Assembly (NCBI RefSeq): GCF_009914755.1
Contig: NC_060929.1
Length of the DNA: 64,000 nucleotides
Reading direction: 5' to 3' (one strand)
Origin: the human T2T-CHM13v2.0 reference genome, Homo sapiens
Shown: one piece after another, positions 13,171 through 26,276 of the stretch
Layout of the letters: every line of letters starts with the position of its first letter
Position numbering within the stretch: the stretch's first letter is position 1
Translations under genes and position numbers: made by a program
Notes under the pieces: model-generated
Told to the model about the DNA's origin: nothing
Database searches by the model: none
What the model saw: only the letters and a program-made list of their open reading frames with translations

Positions 13171-13479
13171 AATAAAGGATGACTATGTCTGCAATGAAGC
13201 AAAGTGACTTGTGAACTGGGCTTTAAGTGTCTACCTAAAAGATCAAGATCCATATGGGTATCTGTTAGCTTAATGTCAATTCAAGAGAAGACAGTCTACT
13301 GAAGAGCAGGCCACATGGCAAAGATGAAAGAACTACAGAGCTCATCCAGGAGGGAATTTAACAAACTTAATGGATTTCCAAAGTAGATAAAACTAGTTAA
13401 TTAAAAATTTTAAAGCCTAATAAAATATATTTACTCAATAATAAGAATATCTGAAAATATTCAGGTTGAAAGGCATAAA

Positions 13480-14520
13480 CTCCAGGCATAGAAATTCTCA
13501 GATTATCTTTGATGACATTCTCTCTAACTCACATCCAATTCACCAACAAATCTGACTACTTCCCAACTCCACCATTATCCCACCAGTCCAATCCACTATC
13601 AACTCTAGCTGAGATCCATATGAGACTCCTAAATAGAGTCTGTGCTTCTACTTTTGTGCCCCTCTGGCCTTGCTGACTCATAGCAGCCAGAGTGATCTTC
13701 AAATTTAGAATAAATTCCTAAGTCTTCACCACAACTTATAATACGCTACATGATCTGCAGCCCAGCTACACCACTGACCTCATTTCCTAACTTTTTCCTC
13801 TCCCTCATATGCTCTGGCCATGATGGTCTTTTTGCTGTTCATTAAGTCAAGCAAACCCATGCCTCAGGTTCTCTGTACCCACGTCCTGGAACAGGAACAT
13901 TAATTCTCCAGATATGCAGGTCGTCCACATCCTTACTTCATTCACTACCTCATTCCTATTTTTGTTCAAATGTCAGCTCCTCAGAGAAGCCTTTTCTTTC
14001 TTTTTTTCTTTTTTATTTTTTTGTGATGGAGTCTTGCTTTGTCACCCAGGCTGGAGTACAGTGGCATGATCTCAGCTCACTGCAACCTCCGCCTCCCAGG
14101 TTCGAGCAATTCTCCCTGCTTCAAGCCTCCTGAGTAGCTGGGATTATAGGCACCTGCTACCATGCCCAGCTAATTTTTGTATTTTTAGTAGAGATGAGGG
14201 TTTCTCCTTGTTGGCCAGGCTGGTCTTGAACTCCTGACCTCAGATGATCTGCTTGTCTCAGCCTCCCAAAGTGCTGAAATTACAGGCACGAGCCACCACA
14301 CTCGGCCAGAGAAGGATTTTCTTACCGTCAAATGGAAACTTACAGTCCTTGTCATTCTTTATGTCCTTCTCTACTTTTTTATTTATAGCCCTTCTCATTT
14401 CCTAACATTATGCTATAGATGGATCTATTCCTATACTTTATTGCTGTATCCCCTGTGGCCATAACTGCACCAGGTACAGAGTAGGTACTGAGGAATATTT
14501 ATTGAAGGCATGAGTGCTGA
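13480..14520 (+). mobile_element. L2 3' fragment interrupted by an Alu
   Basis: cacatccaattcaccaacaaatc...agcagccagagtgatc...ttcaaatgtcagctcctcagagaag...gagtaggtactgaggaatatttattgaa. Confidence 0.8.
13999..14307 (-). mobile_element. AluSx-like
   Basis: Full dimer with poly(T) tail on the left; TSD agagaagccttttctt (13983-13998) / agagaaggattttctt (14308-14323). Confidence 0.95.
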
Positions 14521-16647
14521 ATGTAATGTATAGAGGGACTGCAAGTTGAAGTTCATCTTAGTCACTATGCATAGGAAGAAATGAACTTAAAATATAGATT
14601 TATAGGCTTTCAGGACCCAACATGCTCAAAATTAGAAGAATGCTTCCACATTTTTACGTTCACAATTACTTCCTGCTCTGGGAGAAACCATTCATAACTA
14701 CTGTAAACATTTCTGGGGTTTCCAATGGGGTATGATGACTGAAGGTTCATTTGACAACACATCTTACTTTTTCCTGAGCCCAAGCTCTTATTTTTCCAAA
14801 TTATAAAGTTTTTCTCATCTGTATTTAAAACAACCGTGTTTGTGACCTAACCCTTATTTTTTAGCAAATTGTGCATTTACTAAAAGATATTGAAATATTC
14901 AGGAGGAAATCATGCATTTAAATCCCCAAATCCTCTTATAGGAAGCATTTCCTAATCCTATGTAACTTGTAGAAAATGTTCATCTAATCTTCTACTCTAT
15001 TATGACTCCTTATAGTTAAGGTAATAAAAAAGAAATTAAGTTGTATGTTTTCCATCCTAATCTATGTCTACTTAAAAAAACAGGGAAATAGAATAGTATA
15101 CATATATAATGTGTTACTTGTTAAATTGCTGTTTTCCTATATTCTAACTTTTACAATAATAAGTCTGTATTATATCTCACCCCATCTAAATAAAAAGTTT
15201 TGTGCAAATACTTTAGGAAACTTCTGTGATTGTAAAATGTCAAGCTCTCATAAAGCATGTTTCAAAAGAGAGACAGAAATATCTGAAGATGTTAGAACTG
15301 AGATAGAATTTTAAATACCCAGATTCGCTAATCGTTATGCAACCTCCTCAGTCAGTGGGTGCTGCTGCTTTTTCTCTCACAAGTAGAATTTCTAATAGAT
15401 TTTCCTTGCTGAAAAAAAAGGGGTCAAGGAAGACATCATTCTATAGATATACCAAGTAGCTGATGCACATTTGTGTGGATATCAATTGGTAAATAGCTAG
15501 ATTGTAAACAATCTCCATGTTAATTTTATATAAAATTATCTATAATGTTACAAGATTCATTTTTAAAATAAATTGCTAAGTATTGTCTGGATAGCAAAAT
15601 ATTTTCCACTTTAGTTCTTTTTGTTTTACCCGAACATTCTTAGTATACTGTTAAAGCAACAGTGCCCGTCATTATTCAGTTTAGCAATATTACTTCTAAT
15701 AAGTAGAAATATAAATGACTTGAAATCCACAAGGCAAACATCCATTATTTGTTTTGACTGCATCAGGATATTATTGGCAAATCAGGTATTAAAAGACATT
15801 AACATTTTGTCTTTAAAACACAAACTGTGGCATATTTACAGGTAAGCTGACATTGCATATATAGACAGCCTCGAGAATTCTAGACTATCATTCACAAATG
15901 TATTTTTCGAATATTCGTAGGACCTTATACCTATGCCAATCCCAGGTGTGGCAGCAAGACTACTTTGCTGAATAAACTGACATGGCCTCTTCCCTCAAAA
16001 ATTTTAGGCCATCACTGACTGACTTTGCATTATCATATGTACATGCATGTATGTGTGCACACATGCACACACACATATACACACACACACCCCTTGAGGC
16101 AGGTGCTTTTGATCTTTTTCAAAGAAAGGAAATGGGCAGTTTCAAAGTCACTGCCTGCTGCTTAGAAAAACAGAGGTCATGAATGTTTCATTGATATAGC
16201 TCAGATGTTATCCTTTATGAATGAAGGGTTTCTATGCAACTTGATTGTGGAAATTGTCTGCCTACGGGAACTCACAGAAAAAAGAAAACTATTTGAAGTG
16301 GGTGTTTCCTGCATAAAAAGAGGATTATGATGATGCATTCTCAACCTTAAATTTGCGGGTTTTTTTTAAAGTCATGACCACAAATGCGGCAATGAAAATA
16401 CCATAAGTAGTTCACTTTTCCTACACCACAAAACTTGGCCAGGAATAGCACATACTTTTGGCTACATCTATATCTCTGATTAATTGTTTGAATGCAGGAA
16501 ATGTACAATCATGGCATTTAAACAAATGAACACAGACGCATATTGCTTCAACTTAGAGAAAAGAAAAAGACCAAATTTCATTATGTTACAATACACACAC
16601 ACAAAAAGAGTTTGTGTGAATGATCAGTTGGAGGATTTTTAAATGTA

Positions 16648-16730
16648 TTTTATTTACTCCTTGACATACATCCGCAACTCCAGTTGACATTAATGGGAAT
16701 TACTCAGGTGTATTGAGAAAGAATAGGCCT
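16648..16730. mobile_element. Ancient palindromic amniote repeat remnant (Penelope1_Vert-like)
   Basis: gcaactccagttgacattaatgggaattac resembles the recalled core GTAACTCCCATTGACTTCAATGGGAGTTAC; ends gagaaagaataggcc; imperfect hairpin. Confidence 0.5.
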
Positions 16731-18849
16731 TTTGTGTGTATACTTGTACGTTCAAGTAATAAATTTACATATGCTCAAAGAAACCCATTTGGTTTTTCTT
16801 TTTAATATATTGAGTTAAAATCACGGCATACCTCATAAGAGGTAGTGAGTGAAAGATGGTTAGCAAAGAGAAGGTTCAGATACTAAGTAGCTCAAGATGC
16901 ATTTCATAAATTGTCCCTATTTCCCTTAACCATCCAGGACAGAAACTAGTTTCTTAATTTATCTTTCTTACTAAATGGGAATTGTATTTTCACCATGTGG
17001 AGAGGGGAATGACCACAGGGTAATCCCAGGGAGCCACTGCGGTCCACTGCAATTGATGCAGCAACAGGGGCTGACAGTGGCCTCAACTTCCCACAAGATC
17101 TCCAGACACTGGCAGCCCTACATGCAACTCTCCCGGGCAACAGTCAGCATGTACAAGGTCTGTCTCTGCTCGCAAGAGCGCTCTCATGCTGACAAAGGCC
17201 TCCTCCTAATGCCCATGCTATGAAGAGTCAGATTATAACACAAGCAGGATGCATCCAGCACGCAAACCCCCAGGCCCCTGTCTGTGAGACTGGGAATCTC
17301 ATACACCCTTAACCGAGGACTCTAGCTGGCATCATGTGACACTTGGCGAATTTGCTCAAACCCTTCACCCAACACTAGTTGCCTCAGAATGTCTTTTAAG
17401 AAAACAGTTAATATTTCTTGGTGGTTATTTTACAAGTTCATTAGATGAAAGGTTTGTAAGCAGAGAATCACTTTCAGTGGAAAAAAAATCATAATATCAT
17501 ACCTAACTTAGTTATCTATCCATTCTGGCTGCTCTCTCGCTTACGTATTTCCTAATCAGGCCATTGGCTTCTAGCAGGAGGGACAATGAGAAGAAAAATC
17601 GAGGCTAATCACAGTGAATGTAAAACTAAAAAAAAAAAATTAAATTCTGTCTCAGAAGGTTTGAGTATTTTCAATGTGAGTCTTTGGAGTGACATACGAT
17701 TTGCTCTTGTGGCTTTTAGTATCTGCATAGGGCAACTAGAAACAAAGAGTGACGGCCAGACAAGGTGTTTGAGGAAGTTTGGGGCAGAGGAAGTTGTCAA
17801 CAATGCTTGTGAGATAACTAAAACAATTTCAGCTAAATATATCTGAACACTTTAGAAAAAAATGTCTTCTGTCTCATATTCAGAACAAAGATAAAGTACC
17901 AGTCAAAAGTGTAGATTTTCTACTTAATTACTCAAAATCAAAATAAGCAGGTGATCTCTGATTAAGCAGAATGCAAATGAGTAGGATTTGACAATGATGC
18001 TTTAGCAGCATGTCTGAGAACACCAAAGCTGCAGCTGTAAACTAAAGAAATTAAGCATATTAATTTGTTTCAGTGTGTCCATTGGGATAGATGACTGATG
18101 ATCTGCCAGCTGCTGTTTTAAATCACAGCATTTCAGAGTAGAAGTTGATGGCAACTTACACAGTTGGATTTGGTTTTCTACTAGAACTACCTAATACAAT
18201 ACCACAATTCACAGTTAAGTGTAGACGAAAAGGGCAGCAACATCAGAAGGCAGAGAAGACCCTGATGGGGGTACGTACAAGCTTCCCAGTGCTTCAGGAT
18301 TCATTATTTTAATAATGACAAAATTAAATCTTAGTATCAAAATGACCAGGTGTGAGGTTATGCACTTGGATCTTCTCCCTTCCTCGCTATACACCAAAAA
18401 CATTAGTAAGTCTCTGGTGAAGGTATTTGTAGGTTCAATACTTTTAGGTTGCTGATTGCTGTGTTTGGCTTCAAGTTTTGTGGTAATAAACAGTGATGCC
18501 CAACCCTCTCAACTATGTATGGCTATTCTATTGCCTGCTTTAATAAAGAAGTAAAAGGAGAATTACTACTTGGAAGGTACTTGCTAACAAACCATTATTT
18601 TCTTTAGCTGCCAACATCTCAATGGTATTAGAATTAGTAGTTTCCAGTTTCCCAAGACCACAAGCAGAGAAGCCTGAAAGAGAATCATATTTTGGGACAG
18701 TTAAACTATGAAAAGTTTACTATGCAGTGACTGTGCTTAAGAGTCTAAAGAGATTGATAAATCTAAGGGACTCTTGCCTACATGGAGACAAGGAATGTCT
18801 TTGCAGTTTATCTCATCTGGTTTCAACTTCCTGTATTAGAGCTACAGAC

Positions 18850-19085
18850 TGCAGGTCTTGGAGAGTCAGACACACCTGGGAAGACAAACCTCAAGCTGCT
18901 ACTTACTGGTTGACTGATCCCAAGCATATTAGCTAACAAAAGATGTAGTTTTCTCACTCATAAATTGTACATGAACACCTCCCTCATGGAGTTGTTTTAA
19001 AATTTATGTGAGATAGGGATTCTGAAACTAGAGTTAGTGAAACCATCCTACACAAACAAGCACTCAATGAATTTCAGGTAAATAA
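18850..19085 (+). mobile_element. MIR
   Basis: ctgctacttactggttgact...gttttctcactcataaa...cctcatggagttgttttaaaatt...agcactcaatgaat. Confidence 0.6.
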
Positions 19086-19089
19086 TAGT

Positions 19090-19230
19090 AGGTATTATAT
19101 GTTACCTACTGTTAGGTTAATTATAGAAATGAGGAAATTGAGAGCCACTGAAAACATGTGAGAGACTGTTAACCGCGGAACCAGAGCAAAATCTCAGCTC
19201 CTTAAATGGGGTATAGTCCTCTTTGCAGTA
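19090..19230 (-). mobile_element. MIR fragment
   Basis: ttatagaaatgaggaaattgagag is the antisense MIR core. Confidence 0.5.
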
Positions 19231-19263
19231 TATGGAAATAATATGTTTCTGAGTGTGGGTGTG

Positions 19264-19265
<2 letters not shown>

Positions 19266-19292
<27 letters not shown>
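19266..19292. repeat. (TG)n microsatellite
   Basis: Read directly. Confidence 0.95.
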
Positions 19293-19294
<2 letters not shown>

Positions 19295-19789
19295 TTCAAA
19301 TGATGTGGGACTGGTGCTATTCTTACTAAGTCAAGACAGTAGTCTCATGTCCAGTATCACTTCTTCTATTCTCTGTATCCATTAGACTCTCTTTTTTCCA
19401 TTAGGAAATTTGAGATACTCTTTGCAAGCAATAATGACATGAGATCGTGTTCTGAAACATCTATGCTTTTTTCTTACTTGGATATCCCCATAGTGGGAAG
19501 CCTTTCTGTATACAATGTAATAACTTGGCACCACCACATTGACAAAATTTATTCAAGATAAACATGAATACAGTCATGTCTAATGATTAATTTATTCATT
19601 CTTATTAGGAATGTCAGGTGTCAATGATACAGAAGTAGACAATACAAGGAAGGTCTTTACTTGCTTGAGCTTAAACACTAGGGAGGAAAGAACAGAAAAA
19701 CACACAAGCAATTAATTTGCATGATCTTGGGCAAGTAATTTTGCTTCACTAACTCTCAGGTTTCTTAATCTTAGAATTTGGAAATTATT

Positions 19790-20660
19790 TTAGATAAAAG
19801 GCATCATTAAATGGGAAAATTGCTATTAATAAAATACATCAAAATATTTACTACAGATGTATCAAAGAACGAAATGTTAAAAGAAAAATTATAAAATTTT
19901 TAGAATATAGGAGAATATTTTTTAACCTTGTGCTTAGGAAGATCTTAAATAAGAGTGTATACTTATAAGCCAAAAAATATGTTGACATAGTCAATTCCAA
20001 AACGAAAACAAAAACAACTATATGACCATAGAGACCCCCCAAAAAAGTCAAAAGATACATAAAAGATTGAGAGAAAACATTTGAAAAACATACAATACCC
20101 CAAATTTTCAGTAAAGCTCTGAAACTGATAAACTACCCATTATAAAATGAACAAAGACTGTGAAAAGGTGTTCCCCACATCAGAAAATGCAGAAGAAACA
20201 CAATGTCAATATTAGCCAGAAAAATACGCAAATTATAAAAATGAGAAAGTACCAAACTTTTGTCATTAATTTGACAAAATCTTTAAAGACTGACTGTATG
20301 TCCCACTGAAAAGGCATAGGAAAACATTTCTTCTCATACACAGTTGGTAAGAGTATAAATTATGACAAATTTTGGAAAGAGTAATCTGGAAATATTTATT
20401 AAACTTTAAATCACATTAACTTTGACCTCAAAATCTTACTCTGGGAATGTAACCAACTAAAATAAAAGTACATGTACTTCAGGACATATGTAGATAGATT
20501 TATGTATGGCAGCATTATGTGTAGCAGAAAAAAAAATACATGGAACAGCCTGAAATGTCCATATATAAAGAAATGTTTTTATCACTTATGTTATATCCAT
20601 TCAAGAGACTTCTCTATGAACTCCTAAAAAGAATGAAACATATGTATATGTGTTAACTTC
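19790..20660 (+). mobile_element. L1ME-like fragment
   Basis: ttctcatacacagttggtaagagtataaatt...tttgacctcaaaatcttactctgggaat...gcagcattatgtgtagcag. Confidence 0.7.
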
Positions 20661-20674
20661 GAAAAAAATAATAT

Positions 20675-21113
20675 TTTTTTAAGTTTTTAAAATTATACTT
20701 TATGTTCTAGGGTACATGTGCACAACGTGCAGGTTTGTGACATATGTATACCTGTGCCATGTTGCTGTGCTACACCCATTAACTCGTCATTTACATTAGG
20801 TATATCTCCTAGTGCTATCCCTCCCCCCTCCCCCCACCCCACAACAGGCCCTGGTGTGTGATGTTCCCCTTCCTGTGTCCAAGTGTTCTCATCGTTCAAT
20901 TCCCACCTATGAGTGAGAACATGCGGTGTTTGGTTTTGTGTCCTTGTGTTAGTTTGCTGAGAATGATGGTTTCCAGCTTCATCCATGTCCCTACGAAGGA
21001 CATGAACTCATCATTTTTTATGGCTGCATAGTATTCCATGGTGTATATGTGCCACATTTTCTTAATCCAGATTGGAACCAACCCAAATGTCCAACAATGA
21101 TAGACTGGATTAA
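20675..21113 (-). mobile_element. Short L1PA (PA3-5-like) with a 5' inversion
   Basis: Antisense 3'UTR/ORF2 end to 21070, then a sense piece 21072-21118; TSD gaaaaaaataatat at 20661-20674 and 21114-21127; G-rich 3'UTR tract at ~20819-20840. Confidence 0.92.
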
Positions 21114-21155
21114 GAAAAAAATAATATATTATTTAAAAAAACAGGCTCCCTAATA

Positions 21156-21183
<28 letters not shown>
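21156..21183. repeat. (GT)n microsatellite
   Basis: Read directly. Confidence 0.95.
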
Positions 21184-21187
<4 letters not shown>

Positions 21188-21729
21188 CACATTATTGTTA
21201 TTAACTATATGTATAAATATGTTTTTTATTTGTATAAACAAAGAATATAGTAACGGAAGTTTTGGGATTCATACAAATAAATGCCTAAGGGATTCCATTA
21301 TGAGGTGGGATTAGAAAATTAAAATGAAAATTATCTGTTTACATTTGATGTTCCTATACTATTTGCCTTTTTGCTTTACAAGTGTTAATGCTTTAATTTT
21401 CAAATCACTGAACAAGACACACCTGCCCACACTGTAGTGAGGATTTGAGGAGAGATGTGCACAGAAATAACCAGCACACGCAAGGGGCCGGTCACTTTTC
21501 CAGAGCAGCCAGAGAAGTTACCATAGAGGGGGTGGCCTTTGAGCTAAATATTGAGAAAAATACAGAAATGCATCTTACATTGGTTTATGATTTTGGAAAC
21601 AGGGGATTCAGATCTGATCCTCTTATTAACACCAGAGATGGCATTTGATAGTGTGAGTCTACCTTCTAAATCTCTGAAAAGTACTCTCTTCTGAAATATA
21701 TATGGCTTTTAAACCTATAAAAATGTACT

Positions 21730-22110
21730 CCAATCATTCATAATTTTACAGATTCTAATTAAAATAATATACTATGTAATATATATCTAATTCAGATTGG
21801 AAAAGTCTGATCATCAATCTTCTGTCATTAAAAAATCTGATGATAACACTGTTAGTTAAGATTTAAGAAAAAGGTATTCTCATACCCTGTTTGTGGAGTA
21901 TATACATTGTTACAAAGTATGAAGGGCTCTTTGGCAAAATGTTATGAATTTTAAATTTGATCCAACATTTCATTTCTAGGAATGTATCTCACAAATGTAC
22001 CTACAAAGATACACACATGCATATGTTCAAAAATATTCATGACAGTACTCTTTGTAATAGTAAAGTGTTAGAAATAATGTAAATATGAAATGGATAAAAT
22101 AATTTGGGCA
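21730..22110 (+). mobile_element. L1ME-like fragment
   Basis: tctgatgataacactgtt...ttctcataccctgtttgtggagt...tttgatccaacatttcatttctaggaat. Confidence 0.65.
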
Positions 22111-22299
22111 ATGGAAAGAATAAGAGCAGGAAAAAATGAAGCCTAGAATGTGGTTTTCAACATCCAATATGCAATTTTTCTTCTTTCATAGCTGGTCTAC
22201 CTCTTCTGAGTTGGGCCATGTTGTAACTTAACCCTCTTCTGTGACCTGATAGTCAGCACTGGAGTGGAAGATGGGGCCAGTTCTGCAGAGGACAAGCAT

Positions 22300-22645
22300 T
22301 GTGGATGATGGATGATGTTGTGTCCTAGCCAGACTATCTTTACCCAGCCAGTGCGCCCAACTCTCAGCTGCTGTAAATCTTGGTTGCTTATAGCTCACAA
22401 CTTCCTCTTTTCAAGAAATTAACTTTGACTAAATGGGAGCCCCCTCACTCAAGAAGTTACTTCTCCCACCCCAGGACAGCCTACAGCCAGGGCTTGGCCC
22501 TTGTGCTCATAGGTAACAACAACACTAAGGTGTGACTTATGCCCAGAGCACCCCAAGGTATCTAGCTAAAGCGAGATTCCAAATGAAACCTCATCTGTGT
22601 TTAGCCACTTGCCATGCTATGTCATATACTTCCCTCACTTATTTT
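22300..22645 (+). mobile_element. LTR16C-like ERVL LTR, 3' end missing
   Basis: cagctgctgtaaatcttggttgcttatagctcacaac...atgggagcc...gacagcctacagcca...cttatgcccagagcacccc. Confidence 0.75.
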
Positions 22646-22649
22646 ATCT

Positions 22650-24035
22650 TGAGGGCTATCAGGGCCCTGGTAATAAAGAAATTGGACTCTGAAATTTAGG
22701 AAAGGGTTATATAAGAAAATGCCCTTGAGAAACTTAAGCCGTGGATTCCCTTGAATCCCCTGGTCCTGCAAAAGTAGACCATCACTCCTGTTAGAGGACA
22801 GCATCCTCTCCCATCTCATCCTTGCTTGAAGACTATGCAGATGCCTCAAGTGAGGCAAGGTTGCTCATGAGACAATGTTCATCCTCTGCAGGATTTGCCC
22901 TATTGTCCCCTCCTGGCCATTAGATCAATCAAGACGGTCAACTAACAACATGGCACAACACGGAAAAGCCGAGTCTGCTAAGAAGGGAGAAAAATTACGT
23001 GTTGAAGAACCCACAGAACCTAATTATCATCCACCAACAGGAACCAGGAGAGTAGCCCCATGATTGGATCTCCGGGATGCCAGATCATGAGTGAAGGTAA
23101 AGCTGGATAACAAAGATTTTTGTCAATTTCAGGGAAATTATTTTATTTAATTTAATACCTGACAAAACCCTGCAGGACAGTTCTGATGTGCTATTAGGAC
23201 GACTCAGAAATTTGAAAAAACATAAAGATGTCTGAATTGTTCTGACAGGCCATAGAGAAAGAGATCAAAAGACTCATTGATAGGAGCATGTTAGAATAGA
23301 CCAACTACCTAAGACCAAAAGACCTACATTCCAACTATATTCCTTGAAAAGATCTAAAGGACACACCATTTACCAAAATGGAATAAGCTGATGAAGGAGG
23401 CAACAGTATCATTGAAAATCTCACAGTGGCTGTCCTCTACAGTCTGGGCTGATGACATTCAAAAATATTAGCCTGCTATTAGCAGGCTCAACAGCAATCA
23501 AGATGATGTGATCCTTGAACAGCAAAGGAAATGTGGCAGCATTTAATTGCTAGAAGTAAAGTTCAACAAGTAACAAGGTCAGAATAACAGGCAGGGAAAT
23601 CTCACCTGCAGGGAGCTATGCAACTGGCTAATACCACAGCCAATGAGATAGATCAACAGCCAATGATAATGTTGTTTAATATAATATATAATCCAAAGAA
23701 ATCAAGAATGAACAAAGAGAAGAATGAGGCCCAGTCTCAGTCTTTTGTCCCAGATAGAAAATCAAGATCCCGGCACATATTGCAGTTCTCAGGCAGTTCT
23801 CAATCCAAAAACCCATCATTTGAAGAATAGGTTGAGTCCTCAGCAGGAAGGAGTCTGAAAAACTATGGCAAGAATAAACAGTAATGCATCCCCTAGTCCT
23901 TGCTCAAGGAATCTATGACAGATTAAGACAACCAAACATTGAGAAGCATTTTGAACTATTCAACTGTGACTAGTTGATGCTGATACTTTGAAACCCAAAC
24001 CTTGATCTGATCATGCCACCCTGGTTAGAGTAGGG
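22650..24035 (+). mobile_element. ERVL internal remnant (ERV3-16A3_I-like, gag region)
   Basis: gggccctggt...ggactctgaaattt...gattcccttgaatcccctggtcctgcaaaagt...; follows the LTR16C-like LTR; no intact ORF. Confidence 0.7.
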
Positions 24036-24069
24036 TAGTACATGGGTTTTGTTTTGAATTTTTTTTTTT

Positions 24070-24990
24070 TTTACCACTCCGCCAGTGTCCATATAGTGAC
24101 TAAGTCTTATCAATTCTAATTCCAAATGCTGTCTTCCATCGGTCTTTTCTTCTTTATCCCCAAAGACACTCATTTTATCACTCTTGCTTAGGTCAATTAA
24201 AATAACTTGTTGATTATTCTCCTTGTTTCAAAGTGTTTCTCCTTCCAATCACTCAGAATGATGATAGAAGAATGATGTCAAAGTTTTCTTAATATAAGAT
24301 GAAAACCTCTGCATCAATCCTTTGCTTAAAAATCTTCAATGGTTACTATTTTGCCGTACATAAAATATCAAACTCCTATTCCTTATGTGATCCTTCACAT
24401 TCTGGTCACATTTTACCTGCCATCCTTGCCCCCTGCCACACACCCCTGCTCCCTGTGTTCTGACCATACAGAACTTCAACCAGTGCCATTAACAGGTCAC
24501 CCTTTGAATTTCTGATAATTTCATTTTGCCCATCTAAAAGGCCATTCCGTGTTGTTTTTTCTACCTATTTCTCCCAAAGTAATCATTCTGGTTGTGAACA
24601 AACAACCTGAGGTCCCTCCCTATCAGCATTGGTTCAATGGAGACTACCTGAGCCATTGAGGAAGGTAAAGAATGCTTCTTTGAGAACCATGGCTTTAGAG
24701 ATACTGTATCAAATATGACTTGACAAACCTATTTAGAAATAGACTCATTTTTCACATAGCAAACGCCTGCTTATTCAAAGTCTAGTTCAATTATTACCTT
24801 TTCATGTTCCTATTATCAACCCTTGCAGAATTAATTGTCCTTTCACTTGGGTTCCCAAAGCAATTTATTCTAACTCTACTATACTCTGTAAAACATGTTA
24901 TTATAGTTTTAAATGGTGTCTAAGCATTTTTGTATCCCTAGCATTTATCATGGTGCTTGGCACATAGAGTTCCATCTACATTCTTATTGA
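24070..24990 (+). mobile_element. Fragmented L2
   Basis: tgcttaaaaatcttcaatggtt...ttttgtatccctagcatttatcatggtgcttggcacatag. Confidence 0.65.
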
Positions 24991-25249
24991 ATTAATATTT
25001 GCTCTCCTATACTATCAAATAATAATGAAGTTAATGTGTATCTAGAATTTATAGGTAGGTTTTGTTTTGTATTTTTAATCTTCCTCCCTCCTTCACCTCC
25101 CAACCTTATGTGGTATTCACTTTTGACTTCATTGGATTTACTTGAGCTTTGAATTTGTGATCCTATCATGTATTAACTTGTAGAGCCTGACCAACCACTT
25201 TGGTAACCTTTTCTAAGGCAGGAGAAAAAGGAAGTGTTTTACCTGTTTT

Positions 25250-25565
25250 ATTTTTTGAATTTTTATTGTAAAAATTTCAATCATTAAAAAAGCAATAAGA
25301 AAATTATAATAAATGTCCTTCTTCATTACCAACTCATAGCCCAATTTTGTCTCACACATATTTCTACTTACTCCCCATTTTCAAGTTATTTTGAAGCAAA
25401 TTAGAGATGTCATATTATTTTATTCATAAGTATTTTTATAGTTACATCTAAATGTTAAAAGAACTCTTTTTAAAAATATTTTTAACCCACAATACCGCTA
25501 TCACTTCTTTTAAAAATGTCAGTAATTTCTTATTATCAAATATTCAGTCATGTTCAAATTTTTTG
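25250..25565 (-). mobile_element. L1MC4/5-like 3' end
   Basis: ttttattgtaaaaatttcaa...ttattttgaagcaaat...atcaaatattcagtcatgttcaaatt. Confidence 0.7.
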
Positions 25566-26276
25566 TACCTTTGAAACCTTTAGTTATCTGCCTCATGAAA
25601 AGGGAGATTAAAGTGTGCTCATTTTTTGTAAACTAGAGTATGTCCTGTATAGTCAAGGATGTAGGTTGGTAAGCTCAAATAATTGTGTGGCATAATTACT
25701 GACAATAAGGAGTTAATATAATTCTATCAATTTCACTACATTAGAAAAAGAAAAACAAGGAGTAGAAATGCATATTCCACCTCCCACTCACCTGGACTTC
25801 TCAGGGTGTTCCAGAAGGATGGCATTCTAACCTTCCCCTCTGTTGAAATCACAAACAAGAGCTGATTACAACAGAGGAATGTGGCAGTCTTACATATTTT
25901 TGTGCTCAACACTCAATTTCACCTCTTTATTATGTAATTACTGATTACTTAAAACTAAAGCTAATAAATAAATGCTAAGACTCTCTTCCTCATAGGAGTA
26001 TAGTAATGACTGAATTATGCAATATTTTAGAAAATGGATATTTTATTTGCAATTTAAATACGCTATAGTCCTCACATTTCTATTTCATGATAGAGTAATA
26101 ACAACCTTTCTGCTGAATATATCCATTGTAAGGAATTTATACAAACGTACTGACTCTTCAAATGCTTCCTCATGCACTTTCTTTGAAGGTGGAAGTGTTG
26201 AATCTATTAGTTCCCTGTCCCAAATAATATTTTAACAGTAAACCCATTTCACTAACCACGATTAACTATTTTTTCC

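Noticed and set aside
16975-17223. 82-aa ORF and other open frames in a GC-richer island
   Set aside because: No recognisable protein and no convincing splice acceptor; more likely regulatory or neutral.
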